Part shown: piece by piece, positions 7,700 through 14,953 of the stretch | Numbering within the stretch: the stretch's first letter is position 1 | How the letters are laid out: each line of letters starts with the position of its first letter | NCBI GenBank assembly: GCA_043785945.1 | Contig: JAYVWQ010000078.1 | Span: 1 to 33,690 of the forward strand | Length of the DNA stretch: 33,690 nt | Source: Akkermansia sp. | GTDB taxonomy: Bacteria; Verrucomicrobiota; Verrucomicrobiia; Limisphaerales; SIBH01 | Direction of reading: 5' to 3' | Notes under the pieces: model-generated | What the model was told of the DNA's origin: nothing | The model's input: only the letters and a program-made list of their open reading frames with translations | The model's database searches: none | Position numbers and translations under genes: made by a program

Positions 7700-10600
7700 T
7701 CACTCCTCGCTCGCCATTTCCTTCCCGCGAATCTCGCGGAACTGCTGGCTGCGGACAATCGTCTCCATCGCGGCGCTGATCCTGTAGTCGTGCTTCTTGA
7801 GCTGGGCGCGCATCTCGGTGATCAGCGGGCCGTCGGAGAGCAGGACGCCGCGACCGAGGGAGTAGCCGAGCAGTTTGCGACAGAACTGTTTCAGGAACGC
7901 ATCGCGGCGCGTGGTCAGCAGATATTTGCGCAGTCCATCGAGGCCGTCGAACTCTGCGCCGTCCATGATCTTCGCGTGGGTGTCGATGGGGCGACCGCCC
8001 AGATCGCGCTCGCGCAAGCGGCCGATGGCGTCGAAGGCTTCGAGCGAATAGCCGTAGGCGTCGATGCGGCGATGGCAGCCGTAGCACTTGGGATCGGTGG
8101 TGTGCTTCTCGGTGAGCTGACGGACGGTCAAGGTCTCAGTCGCTTCGTCTTCGGGCAGACGCGGCACATCCTTGGGCGGGCGCGGCAGTTTCTCGCCGAG
8201 CAGGACTTCGCAGAGCCAGTTGCCGCGCAGGATCGGGCTGGTGCGCGACGCGCCGGATTGTTTCGCCAGCGTCGTGGCCTGGCCGAGGATGCCGCCGCGC
8301 GAATACCTCTTCACGCCGTCCACGCGCTGCCAGCCGTCGTCGTTGGTGGTAGCAGCCGAGGTGACGAGGCTCTGAATGTTTCGGGTTTCGGGTTTCGGGT
8401 TTCGAGTGAGAGCCTCCTTACGTCGGCTGCTACTAAACAGCTCTTCCATCCCGTAATGCTTCGCGAGGTCGGCATTCAGGAACGTGTAATCGGCGTCGAG
8501 GATGTTCAGCACCGAGCCGTCGTTCTGGAAGAGGTCGGTGAAGAAGCGAATCGTTTCCTCGTACATCGCGCCGCGCAGGGCGGTGAAGGTCGGGAAGTGG
8601 CGCTCGCTCTTCTCACCCAATTCGTCGAAGTCGTAGATGTGCAGCCAGGCGCAGGCGAACTCGGTCGCAAGCCGGCGCGTGCGTGCGTCCTGAGACATGC
8701 GGCGCGTCTGCGCGGCGAGCACGTCGGGTTGACGGAGCTGGCCACTCGCGGCGACGGCGCGGAGTTCGGCGTCCGGCGCGGACGACCAGAGGAAGTAACT
8801 CAGGCGCGTGGCGAGTTCCCAATCGTTCACCGGTCCCGGCTTGCCGCCCGGTCCCGGCTTCTCGGCGCGATAGAGAAACGCCGGTGCCACCAGCGTCCGC
8901 GCGAGCGTGAGACGGATGGCTTGGTCGTGCGGAATCTCCTCCGCACGCAACTTGCGATAGAGGCCGCGCAATTCGCCCTTCTCGGAGTCCGCGAGCGGAC
9001 GACGATACGCGCCATCGGCAAACTTCAGCACGGCGTCGAGATGGGCAGGTTGAGTATCCACGAGACGCTGGCGGAACGCAGCAGCGCGCTGCTTGATTGG
9101 CTCGCGCATTGGCTCAAAGACACTCGGGTCGGCATCCTGCGTGGCGTATTGCCAGAGCTGCTCGAAGACATCCACGAGCGTGAGCGCGTCCTGCGCGACG
9201 TAGTGCATCTCGTCCCAGAGACGATCGAGTCGCGCAGCTTGTGCGTCGTCGAGCATGAGCCGTTTGAAGTGATCATCTTCGCGATAGAAAAGAGTGAGCG
9301 TGACGACCTCATCGACGGGGACAATTTTCGTGTAGCACAAAGCGGCGGGAAAAATGTTTCGGAACTCATCGAACGCGGCCTCGATGCGCCGCCGCGCCGC
9401 GCTGCCGTCGTTCACGACGATGGGCGCGTCGTGCGAAGTGGTGCGGTTGTTGGAATACCACGGGCCTTCGCCATCCGCCGTCTTCGCTTCGATGGCGAGC
9501 AGGCCGGAACTCGCCACGGGTTTGTTGGTCAGCAATTGAAGTTGCACACTGCCTTCCACGCCGGTGGGTTTGTCGAGACTGCCGATGGTAATGAATTCGT
9601 ATCCGGCCACGAGGTCGGCGGGCAGGCGAATCTCGAGGACGGATGGTGCTTGAACGTGGAGGTTTGCGCCGGTGAATTGCGCGGGGTCAAGGCTTGCCTC
9701 GTTCGTGGCGGCCGAGGTCACGAGACTCTGATCTTTTCGAGTTGGAGCCTCCTTACGTCGGCTGCTACCAGTTTGAAAGAGCGGCCCGCCGAGCGAGGTA
9801 AGCTGGCGATGCAACACCGCGTCGGGTGAATCCCTTTTCGCAGGCGCGGCGCTGGTCAGCAGGGTTTGCGCTTCATCAGCCAGCTTCGTCTTCTCTTCGG
9901 CACTGGCACTCGTCTGCCACTTTGCCAGCAATGAACCCGGTGGAATCACCGGCCCCAGCGCCGCGCCCTTGTCCGGCTCGGTGTAGAAATGCCACACGCC
10001 TTCGTTGCCGAACCGGTCGGCGTGCGGATTCCCGGCGAGGATGTTTGGCGAAACATCCTTCGCCAAATCCCACTCGCGCCCGCCGTCGCCGAGGCTGGTC
10101 AGCGTGAGATCAACTGCCGTCAAATCGCAGGAGTGATTCGCGTCGCGCGGGCCGATGAGCAGCGACACGACGTCGCCGGGTTGCACCGCGAGATTTTCAA
10201 TGGGCGCGGGCTTCACTTCTTTCGCGCCTTGGGCCACACCGCTGGCGAGGCGCTGACGCTTCGAGCCGTGGCGCAATTCCAGCGACCACGTCACGCCGTT
10301 GCCGCACTCGGGATGCGCGTGCTGAATCGTCGCCGTCACGCGCACGCGACCCGCAACCGGGCTGCGCCAGCCGACCGCCGCCGCGAGTTTCGGCGAGGGA
10401 TGCACCGCGACGCTGTGCGGTTTCATGTTGCCGGGGATGCGCACCGGCTGGTCGGAAGAATTCGCCGCGAGATTCGGCGTGCCGCTCTTGCCCCAGCCGT
10501 TGATGAACGCGAAGCCAGAGCCGTTCGTATAAATATCCGTGAAGTGTCCTTCGATTTTCGCCGGGCCGGTCGCGCTGATGCCGAGGTAATCCAGCCACGC

Positions 10601-12004
10601 CGCCAGCGTGTCGGTCTCGACGCCGTGTTCACGCGCGAGTTCGCTGACGTTCGTCTGGCCGGCTTCCGCCCGGACGGCGGCAGCGAGATACTTCGCGGTG
10701 GCGGACAAGGTGCGTTCCCGACGGGCCGAAAGCTCGCGGCTCACCTCGCGCACGTCGCGGAGCAACAGCGTCGGCTGGCCCGGCGCGACGAGGCGCGGCT
10801 GTTCCCACACCACGAAGTCGCTCCTGTTTCCGTCGCCTGCATCCGACGCGCTGAGATAGAGCGTGAACTCCTTCGCCTCGGAGGACGCGGGGAGTTTCAG
10901 CCGCACTTCCTGCTTCGGCTGAACCGGCGTCAGCGGCTCCATCCACGCACCCGGCCCGTTCTTTTTTCCGATGTGGCCGACGGAGTTGAACTTCCACAGC
11001 GCGTGCTGCCATTGGGCGATGTCCTTCGCCAGCGCTGCCGCATCACCGGGCTTGGCCGAGCGCCAGCGGGCACGAATGGGGTCGAGAAGAAAGTTCGGCT
11101 GCGTGGAGTTCAGCGTCGCGCGCAAGGTCTGAAGATACTTCGCGCTCAATCCGTTCGTCGCCGGCGAGGACTTGCGCCCGGCCGCGCGTTCCTCCAGCAG
11201 CGCGGCGAGATACTTGTCGAGCGGCAGCACGCCGCCGTCCTTCGTGTCGAAGCGGATGCCCTGCAAGTTCACCGACGTGCCACCGCCCTTGTCGGTGAAC
11301 TCGCGATACGTCCCGCGAATCTCGGCCAGCAATTCCTCGGTCCAATCGCGCCGGGTGTTCTTCGGCGAGAAACGAATTCCATCCGGCAACAGCATCGCGT
11401 GGCTCGTGATGTCCTTCGCGGCGTCGAGGTACTTCGTGACCAGCGACGGCGACATCACGAGCGAGTTGCCGACGTTCATGAAGCCTTCGCCCGAGGCGGA
11501 ATCCACCGGGAACTCCTTGGCCGGATCGAGCGACGCCACGCCCGTCAAATCCCGCACGGTGTATTTGAACTCCGCGTTTGAGAGCCGCCGCAGCACGACC
11601 GGGCCGGGGTCGCCCGCGCGGGCCAGCGCGATTTCGTCGAGCACGGCATTCACCCAGGCCAGCAACTGCTCCCGTTGCGCGGCGGCAGGCTGCGGCTTTT
11701 CCGACGGCGGCATTTCGCCCAGCGAGACTTGCTCGATCACACCCTGCCAAATCTTCGGATGCTTCTTCACTTCATCGAGTGAGGAGAAGCGTTCGAGGTC
11801 GAGGTCGCCCTTGTGTTTCTCCGTCGAATGGCAAGTCAGGCAATACTCCTTCAAGACTGGGCGGATGGATTGATCAAAGAATTGTGGTGTGGTGGCGGCT
11901 TGGGCGGACGCGTCATGTTGGCCGGCAAACAGCACGAGGCTGGTCATCCATGCACACAATAACTGGGGGAGCGACAATCTCATTCTCCACAACTCGACGA
12001 TCAT
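7700..12004 (-). CDS. Giant PSCyt / DUF1592-DUF1595-DUF1587-DUF1588-DUF1585 family protein (planctomycete-type cytochrome-c-motif exoprotein)
   Basis: Signal peptide MRLSLPQLLCAWMTSLVLFAGQHDASAQA, so the start could alternatively be 11983. N-terminal CLTCHS heme-binding-type motif and C-terminal CYGCHRRIDAYGYSLEAFDAIGRLRE motif are present. Size and order are typical of this PVC family, which is normally paired with DUF1501. Confidence 0.85.
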   Translation of the reverse strand: MIVELWRMRLSLPQLLCAWMTSLVLFAGQHDASAQAATTPQFFDQSIRPVLKEYCLTCHSTEKHKGDLDLERFSSLDEVKKHPKIWQGVIEQVSLGEMPPSEKPQPAAAQREQLLAWVNAVLDEIALARAGDPGPVVLRRLSNAEFKYTVRDLTGVASLDPAKEFPVDSASGEGFMNVGNSLVMSPSLVTKYLDAAKDITSHAMLLPDGIRFSPKNTRRDWTEELLAEIRGTYREFTDKGGGTSVNLQGIRFDTKDGGVLPLDKYLAALLEERAAGRKSSPATNGLSAKYLQTLRATLNSTQPNFLLDPIRARWRSAKPGDAAALAKDIAQWQHALWKFNSVGHIGKKNGPGAWMEPLTPVQPKQEVRLKLPASSEAKEFTLYLSASDAGDGNRSDFVVWEQPRLVAPGQPTLLLRDVREVSRELSARRERTLSATAKYLAAAVRAEAGQTNVSELAREHGVETDTLAAWLDYLGISATGPAKIEGHFTDIYTNGSGFAFINGWGKSGTPNLAANSSDQPVRIPGNMKPHSVAVHPSPKLAAAVGWRSPVAGRVRVTATIQHAHPECGNGVTWSLELRHGSKRQRLASGVAQGAKEVKPAPIENLAVQPGDVVSLLIGPRDANHSCDLTAVDLTLTSLGDGGREWDLAKDVSPNILAGNPHADRFGNEGVWHFYTEPDKGAALGPVIPPGSLLAKWQTSASAEEKTKLADEAQTLLTSAAPAKRDSPDAVLHRQLTSLGGPLFQTGSSRRKEAPTRKDQSLVTSAATNEASLDPAQFTGANLHVQAPSVLEIRLPADLVAGYEFITIGSLDKPTGVEGSVQLQLLTNKPVASSGLLAIEAKTADGEGPWYSNNRTTSHDAPIVVNDGSAARRRIEAAFDEFRNIFPAALCYTKIVPVDEVVTLTLFYREDDHFKRLMLDDAQAARLDRLWDEMHYVAQDALTLVDVFEQLWQYATQDADPSVFEPMREPIKQRAAAFRQRLVDTQPAHLDAVLKFADGAYRRPLADSEKGELRGLYRKLRAEEIPHDQAIRLTLARTLVAPAFLYRAEKPGPGGKPGPVNDWELATRLSYFLWSSAPDAELRAVAASGQLRQPDVLAAQTRRMSQDARTRRLATEFACAWLHIYDFDELGEKSERHFPTFTALRGAMYEETIRFFTDLFQNDGSVLNILDADYTFLNADLAKHYGMEELFSSSRRKEALTRNPKPETRNIQSLVTSAATTNDDGWQRVDGVKRYSRGGILGQATTLAKQSGASRTSPILRGNWLCEVLLGEKLPRPPKDVPRLPEDEATETLTVRQLTEKHTTDPKCYGCHRRIDAYGYSLEAFDAIGRLRERDLGGRPIDTHAKIMDGAEFDGLDGLRKYLLTTRRDAFLKQFCRKLLGYSLGRGVLLSDGPLITEMRAQLKKHDYRISAAMETIVRSQQFREIRGKEMASEE
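8349..8433. repeat. Palindromic repeat element copy 1, embedded in frame in the giant CDS
   Basis: Arms GTAGCAGCCGAGGTGACGAGGCTCT (8349..8373) and AGAGCCTCCTTACGTCGGCTGCTAC (8409..8433) are 22/25 complementary. The loop holds a heptamer tandem repeat. It encodes SSSRRKEALTRNPKPETRNIQSLVTSAATT on the minus strand. Confidence 0.75.
8378..8405. repeat. Heptanucleotide tandem repeat (GTTTCGG)x3 + GTTTCGA inside a CDS
   Basis: Read directly at 8378-8384, 8385-8391, 8392-8398 and 8399-8405. The unit length is not a multiple of 3. Confidence 0.9.
9705..9768. repeat. Palindromic repeat element copy 2, embedded in frame in the giant CDS
   Basis: The 24-nt core GAGCCTCCTTACGTCGGCTGCTAC at 9745..9768 is identical to 8410..8433. 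The left arm GTGGCGGCCGAGGTCACGAGACTCT (9705..9729) is a diverged copy of 8349..8373. It encodes SSRRKEAPTRKDQSLVTSAAT in the same frame and orientation as copy 1. Confidence 0.75.
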
Positions 12005-12972
12005 GCCAGCGTCCCATTCATCTTCGTGTTCATGGGAACAATTGCAGCAGCGCGGCGCCCAAGAGTTTCAGGCCGCACGCACCGGGATGATTGATCGCGG
12101 TCAGCATGGGCGGGTGCCACGGAATGCCCGTTCGCCCGAACCTTCTCGCTGTGCGGCTCATCATCAAGCCTTAGCCCGTCTCACCCGCGGCGTGAAACTC
12201 GACTGACCACGTTCGATGTGTTCTCCACCCTGCGCATCTGGGACACCACGACCGAACCACGCTCTCCACCCACGGAACTCCGCCGGCCACCGGGGATTTT
12301 CCCGCACGCTGTTTTCTCGCGCCCCGGAACTCCGCGAAGGAGGCAGTGAAGAATTCCTGCCCGAAGATTTCCGGGCGCTGGACGGAGCCGTAGAAATGAA
12401 TAATCAAATTCCCCTTATCGACGAAGGTTCCCGTCCATGTGGGTCAGGCTGCCGGCAGGGGCGGAGAGATGAGCGGTTGAAAAACAGCAGCAGAGGCTCG
12501 GAATCAGCTTGGTTGGGCAGTGGTTAGCGGCAGAGACATAGGACTCAATGGAAACCAAACTCCATGAGAATGGAGGGAGTGGAGTGGTGCCGGCGGAGGG
12601 GGTCGAAGCCATGCGGGGTGTTTTTTCAACTTGCATCAATGTGCATCCGAGGCGCATTAACATTGCCTCCAATACACTTCGATTGTTTTTCATTAATTCA
12701 CGCTTTGGTGCATAGAAATGCACGAAACTACGCGTTTGGTGACACTACACTGACACAAATTATCAAGGACAGGACGAATCCCGGTCGCGATTAAAAATGC
12801 CGAGCGATGCGCGCGACTCGTCGAGCCGGTGTCATGGCTGACTCGGGGAGCAAAGTTGGCGACGCTGAAACTCGGACGACTGAAGGCCGAGGTCCAAACA
12901 TCTGGACCAACGGGCAGAATGGCGACGGACAAAAATCGAGGTTGAGCAGGCCGTCCAAGTCGCGAGGGAGGC

Positions 12973-12984
12973 GGGGGGGGGGGG
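12973..12984. repeat. Homopolymeric G12 tract in non-coding DNA
   Basis: Read directly (gcGGGGGGGGGGGGct). A shorter G8 tract lies in a similar sequence context at 30554..30561. Confidence 0.9.
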
Positions 12985-13029
12985 CTGCGTTTTCCGGGCT
13001 GGTGCGATGGACCCGATGGATCGGGCCGT

Positions 13030-13202
13030 CCGAAATTTTTAACAAAAGTGCGATCTGGCCACTACTTGTCGTCGGATTTTTAAGCCCAAAAAATTTCTCG
13101 CCGCAAAAAATGCTTCCCGGAAAATTTTTACGCAAAAGGGAATCGTTCTCCGGCACGTCGTTGATGTTCCGATGCGGAATTGAGGCCCGCGAAAATTTTT
13201 TA
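13030..13202 (+). promoter_or_regulatory. Cluster of A/T-rich GAAA(A)TTTTTA-type motifs upstream of the DUF72 gene; function unknown, possibly promoter or UP-like
   Basis: Motif copies lie at 13030..13048 (CCGAAATTTTTAACAAAAG), about 13074..13110, 13118..13156 (CGGAAAATTTTTACGCAAAAGGG-N9-CCGGCAC) and 13188..13202. The 13118..13156 unit recurs at 30607..30643. Confidence 0.3.
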
Positions 13203-13294
13203 TGAGCAATGTGAGCTTACTGCTCCACTTGCGGACGATCCTCGTTCGCGAACGGTGGCTTGCTGATCCTCGTCCCGTCTTTGTAATTTTGCGC

Positions 13295-14245
13295 ATGGGC
13301 TTCGAGCGTGAAAAATTACGCGCGCGCATGGCTGAACTGGCTGCGGCAGGCGTCCTCGTCGGGACGTCCTCCTGGAAATATGAAGGCTGGCTCGGGCAGC
13401 TCTACACTTCCGACCGCTACCAATACCGGGGCAAGCTCGCGGTGAGCCGGTTTGAAAAGCTGTGCCTCGCGGAATATGCCGAGGTCTTCAAGACCGTGTG
13501 TGTGGATGCGGCCTACTACAGTTTCCCGCGCCGCGAATATCTGCACGGCCTCAGCGACCAGGTGCCGGATGATTTTCAATTCGGATTCAAGGTCACTGAC
13601 ACCATCACGACCAAGAAATTTCCGAACCTTGCCCGCTTCGGCGCGAAGGCCGGACAGAAGAACGCGGACTTCCTCAATGCCGATTTGTTCGCCACCGCCT
13701 TCCTCAAGCCGTGCGAGGACATTCGCGGCAAGGTCGGGGTGCTCATGCTGGAGTTCTCTCGCTTCTGGCCCACGGATTACGAGCACGGGCGCGATTTCCT
13801 CACGGACCTCGATGCGTTCCTCGGCAAGCTGCCGCCGGGTTGGCCCTACGCCATTGAGATGCGGAACAAGAACTGGCTGGTGCCGGATTACTTCGCGTGC
13901 CTGGCCCGGCATGGCGTGACGCACGTTTTCAACTCCTGGGAGGCGATGCCAGCGGTGAGCGAACAGATGGCGCTGGCCGGCAGCGTGACCAATCCCGCTC
14001 TCGTGGCCGCGCGTTTCCTGCTCAAGCCCGGCCGCAAATACGAGGACGCGGTGAAAACCTTCCAGCCGTACGACCGCACCCAAGAAGTGAACGACGAAGC
14101 CCGCAAGGCCGGGAGAACATTGATTCGTGAGGGGCAGAGTGCCGCTAAGAAACGCAAGACGCTCATCTTCGTGAACAACCGGCTGGAGGGCAACGCGCTG
14201 AACACCATTGCTGCGATGGTGGCGGAAGGTCAGTTGGAGCGTTGA
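13295..14245 (+). CDS. DUF72 (YecE/UPF0759) family protein
   Basis: The GTSSWKYEGWLGQLY motif lies near the N-terminus and the family pattern runs throughout (..AEYAEVFKTVCVDAAYYSFP..FKV....T...). The start is uncertain, at ATG 13295 or 13328. The ORF-track start at 13202 adds an implausible leader. Confidence 0.85.
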   Translation: MGFEREKLRARMAELAAAGVLVGTSSWKYEGWLGQLYTSDRYQYRGKLAVSRFEKLCLAEYAEVFKTVCVDAAYYSFPRREYLHGLSDQVPDDFQFGFKVTDTITTKKFPNLARFGAKAGQKNADFLNADLFATAFLKPCEDIRGKVGVLMLEFSRFWPTDYEHGRDFLTDLDAFLGKLPPGWPYAIEMRNKNWLVPDYFACLARHGVTHVFNSWEAMPAVSEQMALAGSVTNPALVAARFLLKPGRKYEDAVKTFQPYDRTQEVNDEARKAGRTLIREGQSAAKKRKTLIFVNNRLEGNALNTIAAMVAEGQLER

Positions 14246-14263
14246 CAAGGCGTTTCCGGGAAA

Positions 14264-14283
14264 TACTGTTCAAGTGAACAGTA
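14264..14283. promoter_or_regulatory. LexA operator (SOS box) overlapping the lexA start codon
   Basis: TACTGTTCA-AG-TGAACAGTA has perfect 9-bp arms. It contains TGTTC(14267-14271)-N4-GAACA(14276-14280) and also fits CTGT-N8-ACAG. TTGACA at 14242..14247 is a -35 candidate and TACTGT at 14264..14269 is a -10-like hexamer inside the operator. The lexA ATG is at 14283. Confidence 0.8.
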
Positions 14284-14906
14284 TGAAGGAATTGACCAAA
14301 ATTCAGCAGCGCGTCTTTGATTTCGTGCGCTCCAGACTGGCCGCCGGACGTTCCGCCCCGACGCAGCGTGAGCTGGCGGCAAAATTCCACTGGTCCAGCC
14401 AGAACACGGCGCAATGCCATCTCCAAGCCATCATTCGCAAGGGCTGGCTCCTCGCGGACGAGGGCAAGGCGCGTTCGTTGCGACTGGCCGCCAACCTCGT
14501 GGCGGCACCGCATACGGTGGTGGAAATCCCGTTCCTCGGCACCATTCCCGCCGGTTTTCCCGCTGAACGCTCTCAGGTCGTGGGCAAGTGCGTGCCGGTC
14601 GCCATCGAATCCATCGGCTTCAAACCCAGCCGCCATGCTTTCGCGCTCCAGGTGACGGGCGACTCCATGATTGGGCGGCACATTTGCGACGGGGACATTG
14701 CCCTGCTCGAACACGGGCCGGAGCCGCGCTCCGGTCAGATTGTGGCCGCGCTCATCGACGGCGAAGTGACGTTGAAAACCTTCGTCCTCAAGAATGGCAA
14801 AACCTTCCTGCGGGCCGAGAATCCCAAATATCCCGACTTGCTCCCCTCCGAGGAGCTGGTCATTCAGGGGTTGCTCAAGGCCATCATTCGGCGGGCCAAA
14901 GAATGA
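14283..14906 (+). CDS. lexA: LexA repressor (S24 peptidase)
   Basis: Start at MKELTKIQQRVFDFV. Winged-HTH region PTQRELAAKF..SSQNTAQCHLQAIIRKGWL. Ala-Gly cleavage site in LGTIPAGFP. Catalytic Ser in VTGDSM and Lys in VTLKTF. Confidence 0.93.
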   Translation: MKELTKIQQRVFDFVRSRLAAGRSAPTQRELAAKFHWSSQNTAQCHLQAIIRKGWLLADEGKARSLRLAANLVAAPHTVVEIPFLGTIPAGFPAERSQVVGKCVPVAIESIGFKPSRHAFALQVTGDSMIGRHICDGDIALLEHGPEPRSGQIVAALIDGEVTLKTFVLKNGKTFLRAENPKYPDLLPSEELVIQGLLKAIIRRAKE

Positions 14907-14953
14907 GTGTCAGACCGTTCTTGTCCCACCCGGCATGACAGCTTCGCCCGCGC

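Noticed and set aside
7790-11581. Two long plus-strand ORFs (7790..9829, 679 aa; 9989..11581, 530 aa) opposite the giant minus-strand gene
   Set aside because: The composition is shadow-ORF-like (R/A/G/E-rich with no motifs). The minus-strand frame carries the PSCyt/DUF1592-family signatures from end to end.
12560-12625. Possible tRNA/tmRNA-like 3' end on the minus strand (..GGCTTCGACCCCCTCCGCCGGCACCA)
   Set aside because: A TTCGA loop and a terminal ACCA are present. However, I cannot form a T-stem or a matching 5' acceptor strand. Position 70 is not U, as tmRNA or tRNA-Ala identity would need, and no tag-like reading frame ending in AA was found.
12807-13205. 132-aa plus-strand ORF spanning the G12 tract and the A/T-rich motifs
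   Set aside because: The translation is low-complexity (RGRRGGGAAF from the G-tract) and crosses obvious non-coding repeats. There is no coding-like periodicity.
13316-14248. 310-aa minus-strand ORF opposite DUF72; likewise 27879..29207, 24464..25264, 20273..20917, 31273..31953 and 32440..33405 on the minus strand
   Set aside because: All are antisense to ORFs with recognisable domains and have low-complexity R/G/A/H-rich translations typical of GC-rich shadows.
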